In this document: piece after piece, positions 1-10,772 of the stretch | Numbering within the stretch: position 1 is the first letter of the stretch | How the letters are laid out: the number at the start of each line of letters is the position of its first letter | Source of the DNA: Desulfomicrobium sp. | GTDB taxonomy: Bacteria > Desulfobacterota > Desulfovibrionia > Desulfovibrionales > Desulfomicrobiaceae | Reading direction: 5' to 3' | NCBI GenBank assembly: GCA_040768745.1 | Contig: JAXGMI010000001.1 | Span: 832,001 to 896,000 of the forward strand | Length of the DNA stretch: 64,000 bases | Position numbers and translations under genes: made by a program | Notes under the pieces: generated by a model | Seen by the model: only the letters and a program-made list of their open reading frames with translations | What the model was told of the DNA's origin: nothing | Databases searched by the model: none

Positions 1-924
1 GCCATCTTCATAGCCGACTTTGTGGAACACTGCCGGATCGACCATGCCGCAGCCCAGGATCTCCACCCAGCCCGTCTCCTTGCAGACCCTGCACGGCTCT
101 TGGCCGAGGCGCCCCTTGCCTCCGCAGATGACGCAGCTGATATCGACCTCGGCGCTGGGCTCGGTGAACGGGAAAAAACTCGGCCGGAAACGAACCTTGG
201 TGTCGTGTCCGAACACGGTCCGCACAAAGGCGGTCAAGGTGCCCCGCAAATCCGCCAGCGTCACGCATCTGTCCACCAGCAACCCCTCGACCTGATGAAA
301 CATGGGCGTGTGGGTGAGGTCCGAATCTCGGCGGTAGACCTTGCCGGGGGCTATGACGCCCAGGGGAGGTTTGCGGGCCAGCATGGTCCGGACCTGCAAG
401 GGGGAGGTGTGCGTACGCAGCAGGATGGAATCGGAAATGTAGAGCGTATCCTGCATGTCCCGGGCTGGATGCTCGGGGGGCAGGTTCAAGGCCTCGAAGT
501 TGTGGAAGTCGTTTTCCACCTCTGGGCCCGAGACAACCTCGAATCCAAGCCCCATGAACACCGTGCAGATTTCCCTGGTCACCCGGGTAACCGGGTGCAG
601 GGACCCAAGGTCCGGGGCCCAGGAAGGCATGGACGGGTCGAAGACGCTCAAAACCTGCTCCTGTGCGCGGTCCTTGAGTGCCTGCAACCGTTCCTCCCAC
701 AATGCGGTCATGGCAGCCTTGACCTGATTGGCGGCCTTGCCCGCGGCGGGGCGCTCGTCCGGACCGAGGGCCGTCAGCCCGGACATGAGGTCGGCCAGCA
801 ACCCCTTGCGGCCGAGAAAGCGGACCCGTGCCGCTTCCAACTCTTCCAATGAAGAAGCCTGGCCCAGGGCTTCCGTCAGCTCCGGGACCAGGCTTTCCAG
901 CTTGCGAATGATGTCGTTAGCCAC
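1..924 (-). CDS. pheS: Phenylalanine--tRNA ligase alpha subunit (3' end beyond window)
   Basis: Not in the ORF track because it runs off the edge. Manual reading: GTG at 924 overlaps the rplT stop (TAGTG) and gives [16 protein letters not shown]...RVRFLGRKG; later [25 protein letters not shown] and GCGMVDP motifs; canonical position after rplT. Confidence 0.95.
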   Translation of the reverse strand, partial: MANDIIRKLESLVPELTEALGQASSLEELEAARVRFLGRKGLLADLMSGLTALGPDERPAAGKAANQVKAAMTALWEERLQALKDRAQEQVLSVFDPSMPSWAPDLGSLHPVTRVTREICTVFMGLGFEVVSGPEVENDFHNFEALNLPPEHPARDMQDTLYISDSILLRTHTSPLQVRTMLARKPPLGVIAPGKVYRRDSDLTHTPMFHQVEGLLVDRCVTLADLRGTLTAFVRTVFGHDTKVRFRPSFFPFTEPSAEVDISCVICGGKGRLGQEPCRVCKETGWVEILGCGMVDPAVFHKVGYEDG

Positions 925-1277
925 TAGTTCGCCTTGGATTTTACCATTTCACACAGCTTGGCAAAGGCGTCTTTCTCGAAGACAGCCATATCGGCCAAAG
1001 CCTTCCGGTTGAGATTGATATCGGCAAGCTTCAAGCCGTGCATGAAGCGGTTGTAGCTCAAACCGTGTTCGCGGACTCCCGCGTTGATGCGCACGATCCA
1101 CAGTTTCCGGAACGCTCTTTTCTTCTGCTTTCTGTCCCGGTAGGCAAAGACGAGGGCCCTCTCCACCGTCTCGCGGGCGGTGCGATACAGGGTGCTTCTG
1201 CCGGCGCGGTACCCCTTGGCCAGGGCCAGGTACTTCTTGTGCCTTCTGTGGGCGCTTTTTCCTCTTTTTACTCTCAT
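924..1277 (-). CDS. rplT: 50S ribosomal protein L20
   Basis: MRVKRG...AKGYR...[22 protein letters not shown]; operon context. Confidence 0.98.
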   Translation of the reverse strand: MRVKRGKSAHRRHKKYLALAKGYRAGRSTLYRTARETVERALVFAYRDRKQKKRAFRKLWIVRINAGVREHGLSYNRFMHGLKLADINLNRKALADMAVFEKDAFAKLCEMVKSKAN

Positions 1278-1350
1278 GTTCTTCTCCTTTGATCAGGCAT
1301 AGTGGGAAATGACTATGCGCTGAGTCCTTGGGCTCCGGATCATCCGGAAA

Positions 1351-1551
1351 CTAGAAAATGTACGGCACCAGGCGACGGATGGCCGCGACACATGACGGAG
1401 CGGCCGTCGTGGACTGGCGCAGCTGCCTTTTGCGCTTGGGCGACTTCTTGGTCAGGATGTGGCGCATGTTGGCATGGCTTCTCCTGACCTTGCCGCTGCC
1501 TGTCACGGTAAACCGCTTGGCAGCGCTTCGGTTGGTTTTCACCTTCGACAT
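1351..1551 (-). CDS. rpmI: 50S ribosomal protein L35
   Basis: [22 protein letters not shown]...HILTKK; ATG at 1551 with a GGAGG SD (the ORF track start at 1824 is too long). Confidence 0.97.
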   Translation of the reverse strand: MSKVKTNRSAAKRFTVTGSGKVRRSHANMRHILTKKSPKRKRQLRQSTTAAPSCVAAIRRLVPYIF

Positions 1552-1652
1552 AGTTCCTCCTCGAACAAACTCGTAGGCCGCGCGAGCGACCGGCAATACT
1601 GCTCCCTCCCGCCAGGATGACGGGAAATTTTGTATGCGGCGGCAGAGGGAGC

Positions 1653-2157
<505 letters not shown>

Positions 2158-2174
<17 letters not shown>

Positions 2175-4092
2175 ATCTCATACCTCCACGTTTGAATGGT
2201 TCTTCACACTCCTGCCGCAGCAGATCCACAAAGGCCTCTATGGACAGGGCGCCCAGAGTGTGGCCGCCCCTGGCCCGCACGTTGACGCAGGCCTGCTCGA
2301 CTTCCTGATCCCCGACGACCAAGGCGTAGGGGATTTTCTCCATCTGCGCCTCGCGCACTTTGTACCCGAGCTTTTCGTTGCGCAGGTCCAATTCAATACG
2401 CACGCCGGCTTGCCGCAGCGCTTCCTCGCACTTCCGGGCGAACTCGTTGTGGCTGTCGGTGACGGTCAGAATGCGCGCCTGAACCGGGGCAAGCCACGTG
2501 GGGAATGCCCCGGCGAAATGTTCGGTCAGAATGCCGATAAAGCGCTCCACAGAGCCCATGATGGCCCGATGCACCATGACCGGACGGTGCCGTTCCCCAT
2601 CCTCGCCGACGTATAACAAGTCAAAACGATCCGGCAAGGTGAAATCCACCTGGATGGTGGAACACTGCCACTGTCGCCCCAGGCAGTCGCGCAGCTTCAC
2701 GTCAATCTTGGGACCATAGAAGGCCCCGTCGCCCTCGTTGATCTGGTAGGGAAGGCCCATTTCCTTCATGGCATCCATCAGCGCGGCCGTGGCCCGCTCC
2801 CAGTCCAGATCCGAACCAATGGATTTTTCAGGCCGTGTGCTGATCTCCATGGAGTACTCGAATCCAAACACGCCCATGAGGTCCTGAATCCAGTTCATGA
2901 CGCCCTTGATCTCGTCCAGGAGCTGGTCCGGTCGGCAGATGATGTGAGCGTCGTCCTGGGTGAACTGGCGCACGCGCAAAAGGCCGTGCAGGACGCCGGA
3001 AAGCTCGTGGCGATGGACCACTCCGAACTCGAACAGCCTGATGGGCAGGTCCCGGTAACTGCGCTGCCTGGTGTTGTAGATGAGCATGTGGGCCACGCAG
3101 TTCATGGGCTTGACCCCGTAGGGTGCGCCGTCGATCTCCGTGAAGTACATGTTCTCCCGGTAATTGGCGTAATGGCCCGAGGTCTCCCACAAGTCACGCT
3201 TCAGAATTTGGGGTGTACGGACAATGCCGTAGTCCCGGCGGAGCATCTCCTTGGTCACGAAATCTTCCAGGATGGTCCGCACCAGGGAGCCCTTGGGGTG
3301 CCAATAAGCCATTCCGGCCCCCCCGCGCTCGTGAAAACTGAACAGGTCGAGCTGCGGTCCAAGCTTGCGGTGATCGCGCTTCTTGGCCTCTTCGAGCATG
3401 ACCAGATGGGCCTTGAGCTCCTTGGGCGTGGCAAAGGCAATGCCGTAGATGCGCTGCAGCATGGGCCGGTTGGAATCACCGCGCCAGTAGGCCCCGGCCA
3501 CGGAGGTCAGCTTCACGGCCTGCAGGAAACCGGTGGAAGGCAGATGTGGACCTCGGCACAGATCGACAAAATCGCCATGTCGATAGACGGAAACTTGCTC
3601 AGCCCCAAGGTCGTCGATGATTTCCAGCTTGTAGGTCTCGTTCATGGAGGCGAACAGGGCCTTGGCCTCCGCCGCGCTCATCTCCTGGCGGGAGAACGGT
3701 CGGTCGGCGGCCACGGACTGGGCCATGCGTTCTTCGATCTTCTCCAGGTCCTCGGGGGTGAAGGGCCGCTCGAAATCGAAGTCGTAATAGAAGCCGTTTT
3801 CAATATCCGGACCGATGGTCACCTTGGCCGAAGGAAAAAGCCCCTTCACCGCCTCGGCCATGACATGGGCGGCGCTGTGCCGCAGCACGCAAAGGCCTTC
3901 GGGAGACTCCAGGAAGACTGGCTCCACGGCAGTGACGCCGGACGGAAGGGGACTGGCCAGGTCGCGCAGGACCCCATCGCACGCGCACGCCACCACTGCC
4001 TTCATTTTTTTACCCGAAAGCACGCCCTTGAGCATGTCCGCGCAAGACTGTCCCGCCTGAACCTGGACTTCTTGCCCCTGAACCTGGACCAT
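2158..4092 (-). CDS. thrS: Threonine--tRNA ligase
   Basis: [50 protein letters not shown]. Start placed at ATG 4092 from SD spacing; the ORF-track start runs into the tRNA. Confidence 0.97.
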
Positions 4093-4113
4093 ATGCATTG
4101 CCTCACAAACACG

Positions 4114-4136
4114 ATAGGGAGGCCGTGCCTCCCTAT
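4114..4136 (-). terminator. GC-rich hairpin between tRNA-Val and thrS (weak terminator or processing stem)
   Basis: Perfect inverted repeat ATAGGGAGGC-acg-GCCTCCCTAT; only a weak U-tract on the minus strand. Confidence 0.4.
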
Positions 4137-4148
4137 AAAACTCTGAAG

Positions 4149-4223
4149 TGGTAGGCGCGAGGAGGGTCGAACTCCTGACCCCTTGCACGTCAAGCAAGTG
4201 CTCTCCCACTGAGCTACGCGCCT
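4149..4223 (-). tRNA. tRNA-Val(GAC)
   Basis: Reverse complement AGGCGCGTAGCTCAGTGGGAGAGCACTTGCTTGACGTGCAAGGGGTCAGGAGTTCGACCCTCCTCGCGCCTACCA: cloverleaf, GAC anticodon, GTTCGA T-loop, encoded CCA. Confidence 0.97.
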
Positions 4224-4236
4224 AAATGGAGAGCCG

Positions 4237-4266
4237 CATATATCGCCGGCCCCCGAGAATTGTCAA
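4237..4266 (-). promoter_or_regulatory. Sigma70-type promoter for tRNA-Val/thrS operon
   Basis: Perfect -35 TTGACA, 18-nt spacer, -10-like TATATG just upstream of the tRNA. Confidence 0.6.
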
Positions 4267-4532
4267 CACCCCTTTTTCATGTCGACCAAAATTTCCGACA
4301 CTGTCTCCAGCTCCGCGCCCATGGAAAAATGATCGTCCCTGGGGCAAGGTTCTGGAATTGGCTTCCCCCATCAGATCCGCTATGGGTTGCACTGCTTTCG
4401 CGAACCGAGCAATAACGGGCACCGCGACGCATTTTCCAGGGGGGCAGTGGCATAATGTTGCGTGCTCACCCCTGTGCGGCCTTTGCCGCCATGCGCCAGA
4501 CCAGAACATCGCCAGAAAATTGAGGGCAAAAA

Positions 4533-4925
4533 ATGATATCATTACAAATAAACACAAAATCCAGAGAGGCCATGATCGACATCACTCCGCTTCTGGAAGA
4601 CGCGCTCCAGGCCCAGGGAGTCAGCTCCGGCCTGCTCTTGGTCTACGCTCCGCACACCACCACCGGCCTGACCATCAACGAAGGCGCGGATCCGGACGTG
4701 TGCCGCGACATCCTTGCCCACCTGCGGACCATGATCCCCAATCACGCCGAATTCCGCCACAGCGAGGGGAATTCGGACGCCCACATCAAGGCATCCCTGC
4801 TCGGCTCCTCGGTGCAGATCATCGTGGATCAAGGCCATCTGAAACTCGGCACCTGGCAGCGGGTCTTCCTGGGTGAATTCGACGGACCCAGAACCCGCAA
4901 TATCTGGTGTAAGATCCTGTCCTGA
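4533..4925 (+). CDS. yjbQ: YjbQ/UPF0047 secondary thiamine-phosphate synthase family protein
   Basis: PHTTTGLTINEGADPDV, HSEGNSDAHIKASLLG, LGTWQRVFLGEFDGPRTR. Confidence 0.92.
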   Translation: MISLQINTKSREAMIDITPLLEDALQAQGVSSGLLLVYAPHTTTGLTINEGADPDVCRDILAHLRTMIPNHAEFRHSEGNSDAHIKASLLGSSVQIIVDQGHLKLGTWQRVFLGEFDGPRTRNIWCKILS

Positions 4926-4928
4926 AGG

Positions 4929-5927
4929 TTACTCTTCGCGCAGCGGCCTGGTCATCAGTTCACGCACGGCCTGGGCAGGGTTTTTGCCCTCGAAGAGAAC
5001 GGCATGAACCTGGGCGGTGATGGGCAGTTCCAGGCAACGCCGCTGGCCCAAGGCATGGACGGCCTCGGTCGTCTTGACCCCCTCGGCCACATTGTGCATT
5101 CCCGCCAGCACCTGGTCCAGAGTCTGACCCCGGCCAATGGCCAATCCGACCCGACGATTGCGGCTCAGATCGCCAGTGCAGGTCAATACCAGATCCCCCA
5201 TCCCGGAAAGCCCCATGAACGTGGCGGGCTTGGCCCCCAGGGCGACCCCCAGGCGGGACATTTCCGCCAGACCTCGGGTGATCAGGGCCGCACGCGCATT
5301 TTCCCCAAACCCCAGCCCGTCGGAAATGCCCGAGGCGATGGCCATGATATTCTTGACTGCCCCGCCCAACTCGACGCCTGTCACATCCTGATTGACGTAC
5401 ACCCTGAACAACCCGGTCGAAAATACGTTCTGGACCAAATCGGCCAGATGGATGTCCGCACACCCCAGGGTTACGGCAGTGGGCATGCGGTCCACCACTT
5501 CCGAAGCAAAGGAAGGGCCGGACAGGATGGCGTAGCGGGGGGCCAGACCTGCCAGTTCATCCCTGACAACAGCGCCCATGGTTCTGAACGTCCCCAGCTC
5601 CATGCCCTTGCTGGCGCAGACGATACCCGGCTCCCGGGGGAACAGCGCCTTGTTCTCGCATAAGAAGGATCCCAGATGCTGACAGGGCAGGGCCAAAACA
5701 ATGCAGACCGCTTCGGCCAGAACAAAAGCCAGATCCACGCTGGCCCGCAGGTTTCGGCTCAAAGCACGGCCTGCCAGATAGCGGGTGTTTGTGCCCTGTT
5801 CGTCAATTTCGCGAGCCAACTCTTCGCGCCTGACCCACAGCCAGACATCCACTCCCTGTTCAGCCAGCACGTTGGCCAGAGCCGTGCCCCAACTCCCACC
5901 GCCCAGCACAGCAATCTTCACACGCAC
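4929..5927 (-). CDS. gpsA: NAD(P)H-dependent glycerol-3-phosphate dehydrogenase
   Basis: GGGSWGTALA, SGPSFASEV, GVELGGAVKN, GMGDLVLTCTGDLSRN. Confidence 0.97.
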   Translation of the reverse strand: MRVKIAVLGGGSWGTALANVLAEQGVDVWLWVRREELAREIDEQGTNTRYLAGRALSRNLRASVDLAFVLAEAVCIVLALPCQHLGSFLCENKALFPREPGIVCASKGMELGTFRTMGAVVRDELAGLAPRYAILSGPSFASEVVDRMPTAVTLGCADIHLADLVQNVFSTGLFRVYVNQDVTGVELGGAVKNIMAIASGISDGLGFGENARAALITRGLAEMSRLGVALGAKPATFMGLSGMGDLVLTCTGDLSRNRRVGLAIGRGQTLDQVLAGMHNVAEGVKTTEAVHALGQRRCLELPITAQVHAVLFEGKNPAQAVRELMTRPLREE

Positions 5928-6068
5928 CTCCCGGTTGGTTCCTTGCTTCGCACAAAGGCAGTATCAAAGAAGGGCCGCGTTCTGTAAAGCCTCCTATTGC
6001 CAGCATATACCGAAACGGGTACGAAGCGATCTCGAAATCAAGCAGGCCCCTGCAGGCCATCGCGAGGA

Positions 6069-6545
6069 ATGCCAGTGCACTTCACCCCTACCGAACGCAA
6101 TATTCTGCGTATTGTCCAGGACACCCTCCCCGACTGCGCAACCCCTTACGCGGAGATCGCCAGGCAGACCGGCAGCACCGAGGACGATGTCCTGGCCCTG
6201 CTCAATAAACTCAAGGCAGGTGGGCAGATCCGCCGTTTCGGCGCGACTCTGCGTCACCAGCAGGCCGGATACGGCTTCAACGCCATGGTGGCGTGGTATG
6301 TGGAAGAGGGGTTTGACGTCGACGAGGTGGGACGCGTGATGGCAAAGCGCCCGGAGATTTCCCACTGCTACCTGCGGCCCAACTGCATGGACTGGCCCTA
6401 CGACATGTATACCATGATCCACGGCAAAAGCCGTGAAGACTGCATGCGGGTGGTGAGGGATCTGGTCGAACAGACGGGCGTGACCCAATATGAAATTCTG
6501 TTCAGCATCAAAGAACTGAAAAAGACATCCATGGAATATTTCTAG
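6069..6545 (+). CDS. ahbB: Siroheme decarboxylase beta subunit (alternative heme biosynthesis)
   Basis: Lrp/AsnC-like fold with IRRFGATLRHQQAGY, NAMVAW, ISHCYLRP, WPYDMYTMIHG, ELKKTSMEYF; adjacent to hemL. Start is 6069 or GTG 6075. Confidence 0.88.
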   Translation: MPVHFTPTERNILRIVQDTLPDCATPYAEIARQTGSTEDDVLALLNKLKAGGQIRRFGATLRHQQAGYGFNAMVAWYVEEGFDVDEVGRVMAKRPEISHCYLRPNCMDWPYDMYTMIHGKSREDCMRVVRDLVEQTGVTQYEILFSIKELKKTSMEYF

Positions 6546-6560
6546 ATTCCGGAGCAGAGC

Positions 6561-7829
6561 ATGACCATCTCACAGGATCTTTTCCAGAAAGCCTTGACCC
6601 TCATCCCCGGAGGCGTGAACAGCCCGGTGCGGGCCTGCAAAAGCGTGCAGTGCGAGCCCCTTTTCATCGCCAGTGCCTCGGGCAGCAAACTGACCACCGA
6701 GGACGGCACGGAGCTCATCGACTACGTCATGTCCTGGGGGCCCATGCTGCTGGGCCACAACCATCCGGAGGTGGCCGCTGCCATCGCCGCCACGGCGGCC
6801 AACGGGACGAGCTTCGGCGCGCCCTGCCGGCTGGAGGTGGAACTGGCCCAGACCGTGATCGACGCGGTCCCAGGCATTGAGATGGTTCGCATGGTCAGTT
6901 CAGGCACTGAGGCGACCATGAGCGCCCTGCGCCTGGCCAGAGGATATACGGGCCGCAACGGTGTGATAAAATTTCACGGAGGCTACCACGGCCATGCCGA
7001 CGCGTTCCTGGCCAGCGCCGGATCGGGAGTGGCCACCCAGTCCATCCCCGGAACCCCCGGCGTACCCCAGGACGTGGTCAAGCATACCCTGCTGGCGCAC
7101 TACAACGACTTGCACATGGTCAGGGCTCTTTTCGAAGAGCAAGGGGACGACATCGCCGCCGTCATCGTCGAACCCGTGGCCGGCAACATGGGGCTGGTGC
7201 TGCCCAAGCCCGGCTTTCTGGAGGGATTGCGAGACCTGACCCGGAAGTTTGGGGCCCTGCTCATTTTTGACGAGGTCATCACCGGATTCCGGATCGGCTA
7301 CGGTGGAGCCCAACAAGCCTTTAAGATGGAACCGGATCTGACCTGTCTGGGCAAAATCATCGGTGGCGGCCTGCCTGTTGGCGCCTACGGGGGAAAACGG
7401 GAAATTATGGCGCACATCGCGCCCAGCGGCAATGTCTACCAGGCTGGAACCCTGTCCGGAAACCCCCTGGCCATGGCCGCCGGGCTTGCCACCCTGAACG
7501 CCCTGGCCCGCCAGAACTACGATGCCCTGGCCAGTCGGACCGAGGCCTTTTCACGCGAACTCGAGAATATTTTGCGCGGCAAGGGGCTGCCCGTGACCCG
7601 CAATCACATCGCCTCCATATTCACCATCTTCTTCTCCGCCACTCCGGTCACGGACTTTCCCTCGGCCCAGGCTGCTGATGCGAAACTTTTCACCACATTC
7701 TACCAACAGATGCGGGAACAGGGCATCTATCTTGCACCATCCGCATTTGAATGCGCCTTTACCTCCTTCGCCCATTCCGCGGAGGATCTGGAGCGCACCC
7801 TGGACGCAGCCAGCAAGGTCCGGTTTTAG
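6561..7829 (+). CDS. hemL: Glutamate-1-semialdehyde 2,1-aminomutase
   Basis: [55 protein letters not shown]. Confidence 0.98.
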   Translation: MTISQDLFQKALTLIPGGVNSPVRACKSVQCEPLFIASASGSKLTTEDGTELIDYVMSWGPMLLGHNHPEVAAAIAATAANGTSFGAPCRLEVELAQTVIDAVPGIEMVRMVSSGTEATMSALRLARGYTGRNGVIKFHGGYHGHADAFLASAGSGVATQSIPGTPGVPQDVVKHTLLAHYNDLHMVRALFEEQGDDIAAVIVEPVAGNMGLVLPKPGFLEGLRDLTRKFGALLIFDEVITGFRIGYGGAQQAFKMEPDLTCLGKIIGGGLPVGAYGGKREIMAHIAPSGNVYQAGTLSGNPLAMAAGLATLNALARQNYDALASRTEAFSRELENILRGKGLPVTRNHIASIFTIFFSATPVTDFPSAQAADAKLFTTFYQQMREQGIYLAPSAFECAFTSFAHSAEDLERTLDAASKVRF

Positions 7830-7853
7830 GTTCAGTGCATTTGAGCGGCATTC

Positions 7854-7883
7854 TTGACTGAAGACCAACAACGTCGGTATAAA
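7854..7883 (+). promoter_or_regulatory. Sigma70-type promoter for cytochrome c3
   Basis: TTGACT-N18-TATAAA about 50 nt upstream of the ATG. Confidence 0.5.
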
Positions 7884-7933
7884 GACCCCAGCTTGTGCTT
7901 TTTGTAACTTTTCTTTCTGGAGGTAGAAAGAGG

Positions 7934-8362
7934 ATGAAAAAATCATTGTTGCTCAGCCTGCTCTGTGCGGCGCTCCTGTGTCTGGTCGCCGCTCCGATCG
8001 TCAGTGCTGCCGACGCCCCCAAGGATGACTATGTCATCAAGGCCCCCGCAGGCATGAAGACGAAGGAAAAAGACGGCAAACCCGGCGCGCTGCAGAAGAC
8101 GGTGCCTTTTGCCCACTCCAAGCACGCCGCTGCCAAGTGCCAGGAATGCCATCATACCATGGACAAGGATGGCGGGAAAATCAAGAAGTGTACTGACGCC
8201 GGTTGCCATGACTCCCTTGAAGCCAAGGGCAAGGACAACGCCAAGGAAGTGAAGCTGGTGGAAAATGCCTTCCACAATCAGTGCATCGATTGCCACAAGA
8301 AGCTGAAGACCGAAAACAAGCCTACGGGCCCCAGCGCTTGCGGCAAGTGTCACACCAAGTAA
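7934..8362 (+). CDS. cycA: Periplasmic tetraheme type I cytochrome c3
   Basis: Sec signal peptide, mature [10 protein letters not shown]...; four heme motifs CQECH, CTDAGCH (CX4CH), CIDCH, CGKCH; resembles Desulfomicrobium c3. Confidence 0.95.
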   Translation: MKKSLLLSLLCAALLCLVAAPIVSAADAPKDDYVIKAPAGMKTKEKDGKPGALQKTVPFAHSKHAAAKCQECHHTMDKDGGKIKKCTDAGCHDSLEAKGKDNAKEVKLVENAFHNQCIDCHKKLKTENKPTGPSACGKCHTK

Positions 8363-8420
8363 GGCGCATTCCCGCGCTGTAGATTTCGCATAAGCACAAG
8401 CAAAGGCCGGCCTTTGGTTC

Positions 8421-8455
8421 GCCCCTCCGCAGAACCTGCGGAGGGGCTTTTTTTT
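8421..8455 (+). terminator. Rho-independent terminator after cytochrome c3
   Basis: GCCCCTCCGCAG-aac-CTGCGGAGGGGC followed by T8. Confidence 0.9.
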
Positions 8456-8550
8456 GGCCTGGGACCTGGATCGCTGTTCACCGCATTGCCCTTGACTGCC
8501 CTTCCTGCTACGAGCGGACCAAGTTGCCAACTTCAAGCAAGGATACTGTC

Positions 8551-10590
8551 ATGACCTCCTCCGCCAACCCAGCTGACAATATTATCGAACTGACGGACAT
8601 CGTGGAAGAAGGAGTGCCGTTGGACCCAGGCTTCGACGACTTTCCCGTGAACACTGCGGTCGACGCCAGAAGCCTGGACCAGGAACTCGATGACCTTCTC
8701 CGCGATGCCGATCTCATCCCCAAAAAAGGAAAAAGCGGCGAAGAAATCATCCTTGATCTGGATTCCATGCTCGCTGAGCCAGTGACAATGCCCCCAGTCA
8801 GGGACAGTGATGCCCTCACCGAACCTGCATCGGCGCAGCTGCAAACGGACATCTCCGACCTGGACGACCTCTTTGAATCCCTGCAGGCCGGTTCCGAACC
8901 AGAATTGGAAACCACGCTGGACACATTCCTGACCGGAGACCGGCCTGAACCCGTGCTCCCTTCCCAGCCGGCCGGCCCCGATTCTTCCCTGTCTGAGACT
9001 ATGCTGGAAAGTGACGGAGAACCCCTGGACTTGACCGATGAACTGTTGGACGACATCCCGGAGGAGATTCAATCCGCCGCGAGCTCCGTGCAGGACGACA
9101 CACTGGCAGAATTGGATGCCCTGGCCGACCTGGCCAGAACGGACATGTCTCTCATGGGTGAGGGCGTGGCGCCTGAAACCGCATCAGGATCGACGACCCT
9201 CCCGGCCGAGGCGGTTCGTCCAGACATGCCGGCAGCGTACGATCATGCCGAACCCAACGGACCGTCTCAAACTGCTGCGGCACTGACAGAGATGGAGGGC
9301 CTCGCACCTGCGGACCTCGGTTTGGAGCTGGCCATCCCGGATATGGTCTCAGACTTCGGTCCAACGGGCTCCGGGGTTTCGGTCCCCGCCCAAGACGAGA
9401 ATCCCATCATAGACAGCCAGCCTGCCGAGACAACCCCAGATGCCGCAAAGCCCGCCCCGATCCTTGAACCTGCGGACCTTGGCTTGGGTCTGGACATCCC
9501 CGACCTTGACTCCGGAGATCCTATGGCGGCGATGCAGGACGCGACCCGGGACCTTCTCGCCGTTGCCCCCTTGGCATTTCAGACAGGCGAACCCCAATTT
9601 CAGGCGCACCAGACCTCTGCCACGTACTCTGCCATGCAGCAGATCGCTGCAACGGGCCTGGACAAAGAGCCTTTCCTTGCTGAGCTTGACCTGCTGAATT
9701 CCCGTCTGGACGCCCTGGAATCATGGAAGGCCCAGGCCGCAACAGACGTTTCCCCGGAACGGATTCTCGCCGCCCTGCCGGACAACACCGCACAGATCCC
9801 CTTCGCCCTGGCCTTGCGTAACGAAATCCAGGAATCCCTGCGGGCGGAACTCGCAACATCGAAATCAGAAATCCAGGCCCTGCACGCTCAGATGCAGAAA
9901 AACGCCGATTTCAGATTGACCGTCCAACCGTCCCTGGCTGAGCTGGATTCGCTGAAGAATGCCGTACACCTTCTGGAAACACGCCTTAGCGAGCCACAAC
10001 CAGAGATCGAGGCCTTGCAGCAGTTCCAGGACGCCACCTCGGAACGGATATCCTCCCTGGAAGCACGACTCCAACACACACCGGCCCTCACCCCGCAGCA
10101 GATCATGGCCGCTCTTCCGGACACCCCGGAGCAGGTGCCCTTCGCCCTGGCCCTGCGCAATGAAATGATGGAAACTATGGAGAAGCGACTCTCGGTGGCA
10201 AGGCCTGAAGAGATTGAGCCCCTGCGCCAAGCCCTGGGCACTGTACAGGGCCAGATTGAAGCCCTCCAGGACGCCCTGACAACCCCCCAAGCCGCGATCC
10301 CTGTCCAGGAGATCGAATCGGAGATAGGGATACTGCGCAAGCTGACCCAACGCCAGGAAGCACGCATTATCGATCTCCAGGAAACCCTCAAGGCCAAGGA
10401 TGAAGAAATTCTGAAGCTGCAGGAGAACGAAGAGCTCTTGCGCCAGAAAGTGGACGAATTGGTGGAGAGAGTCTACGGGGAGGGCCTGAAAGCGGAATTG
10501 CAGGAATACGTGGAGCGGCAGATCCCTGCTGCCGCTGCAAAAATCATCCGCGCGGAAATCGCGGCCCTGTTGCGGGAAATGGGTGCATAG
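8551..10590 (+). CDS. Large acidic, low-complexity/coiled-coil protein with PopZ-like terminal motifs (hypothetical)
   Basis: D/E/P-rich N-terminal half, heptad-rich C-terminal half, internal repeats, C-terminal LQEYVERQIPAAAAKIIRAEI; AAGGA SD before ATG 8551. Confidence 0.75.
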   Translation: MTSSANPADNIIELTDIVEEGVPLDPGFDDFPVNTAVDARSLDQELDDLLRDADLIPKKGKSGEEIILDLDSMLAEPVTMPPVRDSDALTEPASAQLQTDISDLDDLFESLQAGSEPELETTLDTFLTGDRPEPVLPSQPAGPDSSLSETMLESDGEPLDLTDELLDDIPEEIQSAASSVQDDTLAELDALADLARTDMSLMGEGVAPETASGSTTLPAEAVRPDMPAAYDHAEPNGPSQTAAALTEMEGLAPADLGLELAIPDMVSDFGPTGSGVSVPAQDENPIIDSQPAETTPDAAKPAPILEPADLGLGLDIPDLDSGDPMAAMQDATRDLLAVAPLAFQTGEPQFQAHQTSATYSAMQQIAATGLDKEPFLAELDLLNSRLDALESWKAQAATDVSPERILAALPDNTAQIPFALALRNEIQESLRAELATSKSEIQALHAQMQKNADFRLTVQPSLAELDSLKNAVHLLETRLSEPQPEIEALQQFQDATSERISSLEARLQHTPALTPQQIMAALPDTPEQVPFALALRNEMMETMEKRLSVARPEEIEPLRQALGTVQGQIEALQDALTTPQAAIPVQEIESEIGILRKLTQRQEARIIDLQETLKAKDEEILKLQENEELLRQKVDELVERVYGEGLKAELQEYVERQIPAAAAKIIRAEIAALLREMGA

Positions 10591-10641
10591 TCCCGGCGGA
10601 CCTCCAAGGCGGCCCCTCGACTCGCCGCAGAGGCTGTGCTA

Positions 10642-10745
10642 GGGCGGAAAAAAACGAAGGGAGGGCTGCACGGTTTTTCTTTCTTTTTTTACCGCCCGGT
10701 TTCCCCAAAGCAGGTCGACACCATTCCCCCCGGGCGGTTTTTTTT
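10642..10745 (+). promoter_or_regulatory. Overlapping hairpins ending in a T-tract (possible terminator/antiterminator)
   Basis: GGGCGG-A7...T7-A-CCGCCC (10642-10697) overlaps ACCGCCCGG...CCGGGCGGT-T7 (10691-10745). Confidence 0.4.
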
Positions 10746-10772
10746 GCCCCAAGTCCAACCGGAGAGCCAGCC

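Noticed and set aside
4093..4148. thrS leader hairpin as a tRNA-Thr anticodon mimic (E. coli-type operator) or T-box
   Set aside because: The loop on the transcribed strand reads CACGG with no NGU anticodon, and the leader is too short for a T-box.
4149..4530. tRNA-Val as an integration site for a mobile element
   Set aside because: No integrase, and no duplicated tRNA 3' end noticed; flanks are core genes.
4222..4557. 111-aa minus and 216-aa plus ORFs in the tRNA-yjbQ spacer
   Set aside because: They overlap the tRNA promoter and yjbQ, with no clear SD or protein-like features.
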